Source: the human T2T-CHM13v2.0 reference genome, Homo sapiens
DNA length: 64,000 bases
Strand: one strand, 5' to 3'
NCBI RefSeq assembly: GCF_009914755.1
Contig: NC_060929.1
In this document: positions 54,601 to 64,000 of the stretch, piece after piece
How positions within the stretch are numbered: the first letter of the stretch is position 1
Layout of the letters: each line of letters starts with the position of its first letter
Notes under the pieces: generated by a model
Database searches by the model: none
The model's input: the letters and a program-made list of their open reading frames with translations, nothing else
What the model was told of the DNA's origin: nothing
Position numbers and translations under genes: made by a program

Positions 54601-57281
54601 AAGCGCTTCAGAAGATGTTTGCAAGAAATATTAAAACCATCATCGTTAATGTGTATTGAGCAAGCCCTGAGTGCCAGACACTGAGAATCAAGTATCCTGA
54701 ATTCTCTCATGCCCTCTCCTATCAACACTTTGGGGTCGATATCATTATAATCTCTAGTAAGCTGACTGAAATTGAAGCCGACAAGCTAAACAATTTGTCG
54801 AAAACCTCACCACCAACAGGAGGAAGAGCCACACATGCCAAACGTTCCAACCGCTAGCCCTCTGCCTCCAGGTGGTTCTATTCCAGGTGGTATCTAAATG
54901 CAACCCACTTTCCTACAATCCACTTTCATGTGATGGATTTCCCAGAAAATCTAACAGGGTTCCCAAAATTTGAAGCTCTCCTTTGGGAAGTTTCTGTGTA
55001 GAACTCAAACAGGAACTCTCTGTTCCACCCAAGCCAAGAAATACATGACTATAATGGTCAAGATAGGAATATGAATGATAAAGTATATCGCCTCAAAGAT
55101 TTTTTAATGCAATATAGCAGAAGGTATATATCTATGTTTATATCTATTACACAGTATATATCTATTACAAGGTATATATCTATGTTTTAAAAAATAAAAA
55201 TAAACAAACCATACAGACCAGGCAAACAGAGCTAGACAGACAAAAAGCCAAAGGAGTTTAGGACTCCAAGCTTATTGCCACTCAAACGTGCCATGTTCAT
55301 TTATCACTTTATGCCTGGCTCTTGCACACTTGTCCTCACATGTTTTTATTCTCATAAAAAAACCTGTATCTGAGCACTAATTGTTATCATCCCCAATTTA
55401 TAGGTGAAAAACCAAGCTTAGAGATAATTGCCAAGGTGGCATTTTACAATTCAACACCATTTTTGTTAACTCCAAATTCCATAGACTTTTTACTCGATCT
55501 CACTGTCATTTGGATGGAGGAAAAGGAGAGGAGAAGAGAGGGAGAAACATTGTCTCATACTAGGAACAAATGACTACCAGCAAAGTCAATAGCTACCTAC
55601 CATAATACCCAACTAGATGGTGATTCAGGATGAGGTGCCTCTTACCCAGACACACAGTAACTAAAGGCAAATTGTAAGTAGGGCAAGCTGAGTCTGGAAG
55701 AGGCCAGGTGCTAAGATGAGTGGTCCAGAACACGGGACATATTTGGCCAAAGCCCACGCATGAAACACAAACTGGTGCTACTGGGACACAGGGCAGTAGA
55801 AGACATGGTAAGAAACTTGAGGCAAGCGATGGCTGGTCAGGGTACTGGATAAAAAAGAAGGGCACAAAATGTGACATAGGGGACTTGATAATAATTCTTG
55901 AGTAGAAGTATGAGGGAGAGGCAGGACCTCTGTGAGGGTCTTAGGCCAAATGCTGGCTTCATGAATGGGACAGGATGACGTGGGTAATGATAGATCATGG
56001 GTAGGTAGAAGACATACGTGGAGGTGAATCCTCCCAAGTGCTCAGATTGGGACTCAGGATTCCTTCTTCCACCTACCCATGGGGAGGCCCTGCAGTGTCT
56101 GGGGCCCAGGATCTAAAGGGTGATATTTATTCTCCAAGGTGCCTGACCACACCTGGCCATTTTATATCATTATTTAACTCAACCACTACCAATGTTATGG
56201 GACCCTTAAAAAGAGATTGATTGACTGATTGATTTGCTTATTTATTTAAGAAACTGAAGCGTCTCTTCCCTATGTGAATTTTGTCTCAAAAAGGATTCTG
56301 TCGTATATATTTTAGAACTTAATCTTATAATATTGCAATATTTTTATCCAAGTCTTTTCCAAACATTGGATTTTTGTGAGATTTGAGGATTAAAAAAAAT
56401 TCCTTTAACTTCTACCATTTTGCCATCTTTGGAGGATATAAGCATGTGAGGAGCAATGCATGTGATTCCTATAAACTCATATTTCTTATTTTTAAACGCT
56501 GGCATTATTTGGGCTGACATCTCCTCAGCCCAAATGATGAAAAGTTTTGGCAGCTGTTTATTTTACCATAATCAAATCCATGCAAGATTCTGAGTCCTGA
56601 AGAATGCTGTTTAGAAAAAATTCTAGTAAGGACAGATCATTATATTCAGCATCATGGCACCTTAGATGTCAAGTGCTGTCTTCCCTTGTCAATGCCCATC
56701 ACTGCTACTCACTCATATGATCACGTGGTCATCCTGTGAACAAGGCAGGTTAGATGAGCAAGCTGAGACTAAGCTTTCTGAGACTGAAATTTTTCCTTTG
56801 TCAAAATTGGGTGAATACCCAATTTCCTATTCAAACATTAATATAATTTGAGCTAAGGTTAGGATTATCCAGCCCCCACTCCCACGCATTGTCTGGGTAG
56901 ATAAACCTCTCAAAGGAGAAAACTGGAAGGGAAATAAGGTACATTTAAATTTCAATCTCTGGCTTGATAGATTGGTATTAAATTTGTCTTTAATGACTCT
57001 TATCCTACATTCCTATCTTATTACAGTCAGCTGCAAAAGAAACAACAATCCTGAATGTACCTTAAAGGGCACAGGAGGATTAAATAATGGATGAAGAATG
57101 TCCTGACAAGTCTGTCAGGCTTAAACTTTGGAACATGCAGAACATGCCTCAGAGTCTCAGGAGCAATGGGCCCAGTGAACAATATCATTGACATTCTGGC
57201 TTTGATTTTTTTTTTTTTAAGGAAAACCTATTTTAGGCCTTCAAACTTTTGTTTTCATTTTACTGTATGTTGTAAACTCGA

Positions 57282-57896
<615 letters not shown>

Positions 57897-57917
57897 TCAT
57901 CTAGAGAACAATTATTT

Positions 57918-58365
57918 CTTAAGAACTGTGAAGAGTTTGAGATTTTATCCCACTTGCAAGCTAAGAAGTCACCCATCTACAGTTTCATGGATGCCGGTAG
58001 AAGACACCAGACTCCTGTGTCAAAGACAAAGGATAGTTTATAACTGACAGCAATAGCGGTAGCCAGAGTATCAGCATATTTGTACCACCTCACCAAGCCC
58101 CAATTTCCACAGGGCCAGATGACACCTATACATGTAGCGTATTGCATTACAGGAGAAAAACTTTGAATGTAGAGAACTCAAATCTTTTATGAAGTGCAGT
58201 AAGCAAACCTACTATTTGCTCTGGAGAAAGACACTAACTCTATTTTCTAAGGCTGTTAACTATAAAAATGTATTTGAAAAGATAATCCAGGAAAGAGGAT
58301 AATCAGCGCATTCCTTGCAAGATGTACAGAAATGTGAGAGACTGATGGAGAATTATCTACTAACA
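57918..58365 (-). mobile_element. MER90/MER110-like ERV1 LTR
   Basis: TGAGATTTTATCCCACTTGCAAGCTAA...CAGTTTCATGGATGCCGGTAGAAGACAC...GACTCCTG. Confidence 0.6.
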
Positions 58366-59424
58366 TTCTCATTTCCACAGGTCTGCTTTTCTTAGACTGT
58401 GCATTTCTCTGAGAATGTTGTATTTCTACAGACTAATTTAATACGTATTGTTCAAAAGCCGACATTAATCCCTAACTCGCTGTAATTTCTGGAAGGGTTT
58501 GTAATTTTCTTACTGAATTGCACAGCCTGGTCTTAACCCTTGCTTCTCTTCTTTGAAAATAACTCATTTTTTGGAAATCATTGGATTACAATTTCCTTAA
58601 TGGACCTTTGGCACTGTGTAGAAAAGTAAGACAGGAATGAAAAAAAAAACACATAAAATAGGCTGATTCTCTGGGCACGCACATGGAAGACACATTTGGG
58701 AGCACTGGCACTTTAAAAACATTGGTTTCACTGAACAGTGATTGGAAGTTTCCTCAAAGTCTTGACTCCAGAGCCTCAGTTCCCATGACAGCATACAGGT
58801 CTGAACAGGCTCTGTCTTGCACCTTGGAGCATGACACCTTCAAAGCGTTTTACCAACATCAAGTAATTGATTTTCACAATGTAGTGGAGAGCTTGATCAT
58901 TAAGTACTATTATCCAGATTTGACTGGCTTAATTCACTTGCCTCAGGCTCCAGCAGCCAAGTCAAAAGCAAGAGGTGGATTCAGAATATCTGGCTTCCAT
59001 CCTGTAAAACCCTAGGCAATGTCTGTGTTTTTGCATATAAAACCACTCCTCCCTGTCCTCTTAAACACATAAATTAAGTAGCAACTCATTCAGCAATACT
59101 ATATTTTCCTACGCTGTTGCTTATAGACTATTTTTCTTCAGTTCTTTTAAAATGATAACTATTTGACTTTTAAGTGTTTTCATTCATTTAAATAACAGAT
59201 GCACATGAAAGACAAAAGCGGGGCTGTGTATGCAATGAAAAGTATTCTACATTCCTTCACGGTCATTCAGCCACTTAGTTCTCCCTGGAGGCAGTCCTCC
59301 TTATTTCTAGTGAATATTTCCAGAGATAGACCATGCATTTACAAGTATGCCTATATCTTTTCTATTATGTAATTAATATGCATGCTATACATATGTTTCT
59401 GCATCTTGCTTTTTTCAATTTCAA

Positions 59425-59649
59425 TTTATTTTTCTCTTTCTTTTTTTTTTTTTTTTTTTTTTGAGACAGTCTTGCCCAGGCTTGAGTGCAGTGGCGCAAT
59501 CTCGGCTCACTGCAAGCTCTGCCTCCCGGGTTCAAGTGAGTCTTGTGCCTAAGCCTCCAGAATACCTGGGATTACAGATGTGCGCCACCATGCCCGGCTA
59601 ATTTTTGTATTTTTAGTAGAGACAGGGTTTCACCATGTTGTCCAGGCTG
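59425..59649 (-). mobile_element. 5'-truncated Alu within old L1M fragments
   Basis: Right monomer plus part of the left; TSD GCTTTTTTCAATTT (59408-59421 and 59650-59663). Confidence 0.9.
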
Positions 59650-60614
59650 GCTTTTTTCAATTTTCAACCTTGGAAATCATTCTATATCAGTACTTTCAGT
59701 GCCTCATTCTTTGAACTGTACCATGTGTTGTCAGTATCCTCTTTGGGAACATGGAGATCATGGAGTTTGTTTCTAATCTTGCTATTACAAACAGCATCTA
59801 TTTAGCCAATACTTACCCGTACTCACTTTGTGCCAGGCTCTCCAGTGAATATCCTTGTACTTATGTCATTTCTTGCACTTCTGCTATCCTTCTGCAAATT
59901 ATATCTAACACAAAGTAAGTATATTCACTGTAGTTGTAATTTTCATTTCCCTAATTATACATGAATTTGAGCATCTTCTCAATTGTCTGTTTTGCTATTA
60001 GTTTAATGATCTTTGACTTACTGATTTGTCACTTCTTTTAGAATTATGTGTATGCCCTTTGTTTTTGATATGCATTGAAAATATTATCCTGGTTTTAATT
60101 TCTCATTTCATTTTGTTTATTTTTTTCTCACCATGTAGATATTTTTATTATTATACAATCAAATTTATCAATCCTTTTTATATGACTCCTAGGTTTTTTG
60201 TCCTACTTGGAAGAAAAATTTTCTTATTGTGAGATAATTTAGAAAAATTTTTTTTTCTGGAATTTTATACTTTCTTTTTTTCTAGTTAAATCATTGATCC
60301 ATCTTCAAATAATTTTGGCCTTACTTGAGGCAAGAATTCCATTTTCTTTTTTCCAGATGTCTTTTAGATTTTCCCAATACTGCAAAGACAATTTAAGAAA
60401 AAATAGTTTAACTTCAAAGAGTTTTATAATTTATTAAAAGTACTATATTTCTTTTACCCAGTGTGTATTCTATAGGAAGATGAGAAGATGTGTGTCTTTT
60501 CCCATCCAGTCCATTTTAGTAGTAAGTCCTTCCTTAATGGCCAGGGCGTAACTTGCCTATTTAATGGTCAAAGCATACTGGCACTCAGCTGCAAAAGAAA
60601 GATACCAGGAGATG

Positions 60615-60740
60615 CAGAATCAGAGGACCCAGCTAAGCTGTGCCTTGGATCCTGACACACAGAAACTATGAGATAATAATTGGTGTTGTTTTAAGCCACT
60701 AAGTTTTGGGATAATTTGTTACACAGCAATAGAAAACACA
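60615..60740 (+). mobile_element. MLT1D/E-like LTR 3' fragment
   Basis: CACAGAAACTATGAGATAATAA...TGTTGTTTTAAGCCACTAAGTTTTGGG...GTTACACAGCAATAGA. Confidence 0.7.
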
Positions 60741-60784
60741 ATGGGCACAGATGAAGGTAGAGAAGTCCATATAGAAGTGGAAGC

Positions 60785-61253
60785 TGTTAGATATGGGGTC
60801 TAAATTTCTTTTCAAAAAATCAATATGTCAGTATGTTCAATACTTTGCCTTCTACTTTTAAACTTAACTTCCTTATAAAGCAACCTTTTTCAATTATCTG
60901 CTCCACCCTGACGCATTCTGATTACCTGCTCAACCCTGACTCATTACCTGCTCTGTCATAACCATTTATCCCCCCAAATCACTCACCCCATCACTCTCTT
61001 TAAATTAGCTAATCGGAATTAGTTTAGCCTGTGCGGTCTAACCCTAGCCAATAGGGGAACGACACAGCAGCAGGGGCCATGTGCGTCAGGGATAAGAACC
61101 CCTTCCCCTCCCTTGTCCAAGTGTGCACTCACCATTGCTCCATCTGTAAGGGCGCACCCTTCTATAGAAGTAACTTGCCTTGCTGAGAATTAAAAAGAAA
61201 ATTTTATATTCAAGTGCTATTTCTTTTGCAGCACCGAAACTTTATTTATAACA
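60785..61253 (+). mobile_element. LTR10A/F (HERV-I) solo LTR, 469 bp
   Basis: TGTTAGATATG...CTAAATTTCTTTTCAAA...GCACCGAAACTTTATTTATAACA; TSD AAGC; 28-bp internal repeat carrying TGACTCA. Confidence 0.85.
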
Positions 61254-61747
61254 AAGCCAATGGTAGTTCTTTTCTGATTGCTTTCATTTTCTCAGTGACA
61301 AGGTCATCAGCTGACAGTGAAGGTGCAGCAAGATGTAATAGAGGTTAAGGAGAAATAAGAAGATACCAAATAGATGCATGGGAGAGTTAATGGACCAGGA
61401 AGGTATAGTCTGATTGACAAGTATCTTAGAGGCTAATGATACTTGTGGCCATAAATGTAATGTGAGAACAGTCAGCATAGCTGCGTAGTTACCTGCAGCC
61501 ATATTCCCCTGCGTGAGTGCAGGCACAGAGCCAGCAGAGATTTGGCTGTCGCTGGAACTAGCGTTTTGCCAGGTGAGCACGATAAAGGAAGAAGAGGCAA
61601 GGAAATTGAAGGTGTATGCAAAAGAATAAATATTATGACATACCATGGAATATAGGCTTGGTACACTGAAAATGAAGAGTGTAAAAAGACAGTGCAATCA
61701 ATCATTATAGGTCCTAGACTTGGCTAGGCTTTTAAAAATCAGAATTT

Positions 61748-62051
<304 letters not shown>

Positions 62052-62729
62052 TCAGAATTTAGTGGAAGTGACCTGGAATAATGAAAAATGATGTACAATT
62101 ATTTTAGAAAATAATGTAACATCATTGTGCAAAATTGAACATGCTTATGCTCTTTGGTTCATTAACTGTGCTTCTAGAAAAACTTTTGCAAATATGCACC
62201 AGAGACAAGTACAAGTTACTTACAGAAGAAGAGTTAATGATACCAAAAATGTGGAAATGGCACACAGAAAAAAAAAAATGAGTGAATATATTTTGGTAAA
62301 TTCACACCATAGAATGTTATACAGCAGTAAAAACAAACTTCAGCTATGCACAACAGCATGGAGATGTTGTATGTATGGTATGCATGAATACAATATATAG
62401 TATACGTAATGTGTGTATGGTTTTTACGTATCATACATAATGATACGTAAAACATGCAAGTTACAATAGACCACATGCATATAGTAGACAATACGCACTA
62501 CAACAGACTACATGCAATATCATTTTTATGATGTTCAAAATAACTAAGCACTCTACTGCCTAGGAATACATACATATATGATAAATTCATTTTAAAAATC
62601 AAGAGAATTAAAAGCATAAAATTTGGGATAGTAATTCTTCATGCAGAGGGGATAAGGAAATGATGTGGTAAAGGAAAACAAGTAGATGTAAATAAAACAA
62701 ATAATATAAGAAATGGTGGTCAAATATTG

Positions 62730-63010
62730 GGATTCTTGAAGTTGAGATTCTGGAGTGGGTAAGATTACTGATAAAAACAGGGCCCAGGAGGCATGAACAT
62801 AGGAGTGAGTGACTGAGGTAGAATGGAGGATGAGATGTTGGAGGAGGGGAGGCTGAGAAACTGAAAGCTCAGTGTATGGGAAGACTTATTTGTGTGGATA
62901 TTGAAATCACCAAAAATACAATGGGTGTAGTGATAGAAAAATGACGGTGATCCAGGAGGGAAGGGAAGTGATGTTAGAGCCAGCAGATGGTTGCCAAAAG
63001 GAAGGAAGGT
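62730..63010 (-). mobile_element. L2 fragment
   Basis: GTGTGGATATTGAAATCACCAA is an antisense L2 endonuclease motif (GDFNIH in ORF 62765-63103). Confidence 0.6.
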
Positions 63011-63241
63011 GGCAGACAACATAGTCCCATGTTGAAACTGGGTGTTTTTATGGAGGATATGGGACAATGGCTTGGGAGCAGCACTGAGATGCAAGGAAGA
63101 CACTCATCCTATTCCAGGCCCTGTGGCGCCAGGCACGTGGCTGAAAAACCAGTGACCTGTATAGAGGGCTGCAGGGGAGCAGTGTCTTGAGGGAGGAGCC
63201 AGTTAGAACAAGGACATGAAATAGGTATTTTAGAAATGAGA

Positions 63242-63550
63242 GGCCGGTCATGGTGGCTCATGCCTGTAATCCCAACACTTTGGGAGGCCGAGGCAGGCAG
63301 ATCACCTGAGGTCAGGAGTTCAAGACCAGCCTGGCCAACATGGTGAAACCCCATCTCTACAAAAATACAAAAATTAGCTGGGCATGATGGCGGGTGCCTG
63401 TAGTCCCGGCTACTCAGGAGGCTGAGGCAGGAGAATCGCTTGAACCCGGGAGGCAGGCAGAGGTTGCAGTGAGCCTAGATTGTGCCACTGCACCCCAGCC
63501 TAGGAGACAGAGGAGACTCCATCTCCAAAAAAAAAAAAGAAAGAAAAAAA
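63242..63550 (+). mobile_element. AluSx-like
   Basis: Full Alu with an A-tail; degenerate TSD AGAAATGAGA/AGAATGGAGA. Confidence 0.95.
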
Positions 63551-64000
63551 GAATGGAGATGGTTTCATGTCTATACATTGAATTCCAGAGGTACAAGGGA
63601 AGAGTTTTGAAGGCTGCAGAGGGATGAGATATGGCGTCAATAAAGCAGATATACATATCTATTAGAAAGGAGCATCTCGGGGGTGAGGAATGACCAGGGA
63701 GTCCAGGGCTTCAAGTGGTAATTGGCTTACACAGAGCTGAAGGCTGTAATGAGATTAGTCCAGAGGATCTCAAGGAAAATAATGCCATGGAGACTGTGGG
63801 CATTAATGGATAGGGATGAGCAGCGGTCCTGCAAGAAAGAAGCAAGAAAGTCTGGGAGTTTCTTCAGCATTGCAATGGAGGCAGGAAGACTGGGGGAGGG
63901 GCACTCAATTGGTCCCTGTGCTATCCTACTCTAACCTCCTACTGAAAGACTGACATCCAAAGGAATGTAAAATGGCTTCGTTCCAATTTCATTCCTGTAT

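Noticed and set aside
55120-55190. Repeated TATATCTAT units
   Set aside because: Low-complexity slippage repeat without unique spacers; not CRISPR-like.
57131-57149. GAACATGCAGAACATGCCT, p53-like
   Set aside because: The half-sites overlap with 9-bp periodicity and the first has two mismatches, so it is not a proper response element.

Overview
This is primate (very probably human) nuclear DNA, non-coding and densely packed with interspersed repeats: about 15 Alus, several L1s (one near full length, several nested), at least 10 solo LTRs, old hAT/Tigger DNA transposon relics, and L2/MIR fragments. I find no supportable host protein-coding gene, tRNA/rRNA gene or CRISPR array. The ORF track is explained by L1 ORF1/ORF2 remnants, Alu-derived ORFs and chance. 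Repeat subfamily names come from my recollection of consensus sequences and need RepeatMasker/Dfam confirmation, whereas TSDs, motifs and palindromes were read directly. Best leads: (1) a two-L1 plus unique-tag composite inside one TSD pair (probable 3' transduction); (2) an MLT2A LTR with a perfect DUX4 motif that appears to have been created by a small deletion, near two THE1 LTRs that also carry DUX4 motifs; (3) a chain of strong minus-strand candidate non-coding exons downstream of a MER21 LTR; (4) a MER61-type LTR with a near-perfect p53 site and an LTR10 with an AP-1 VNTR. I cannot demonstrate a novel biological system from sequence alone.
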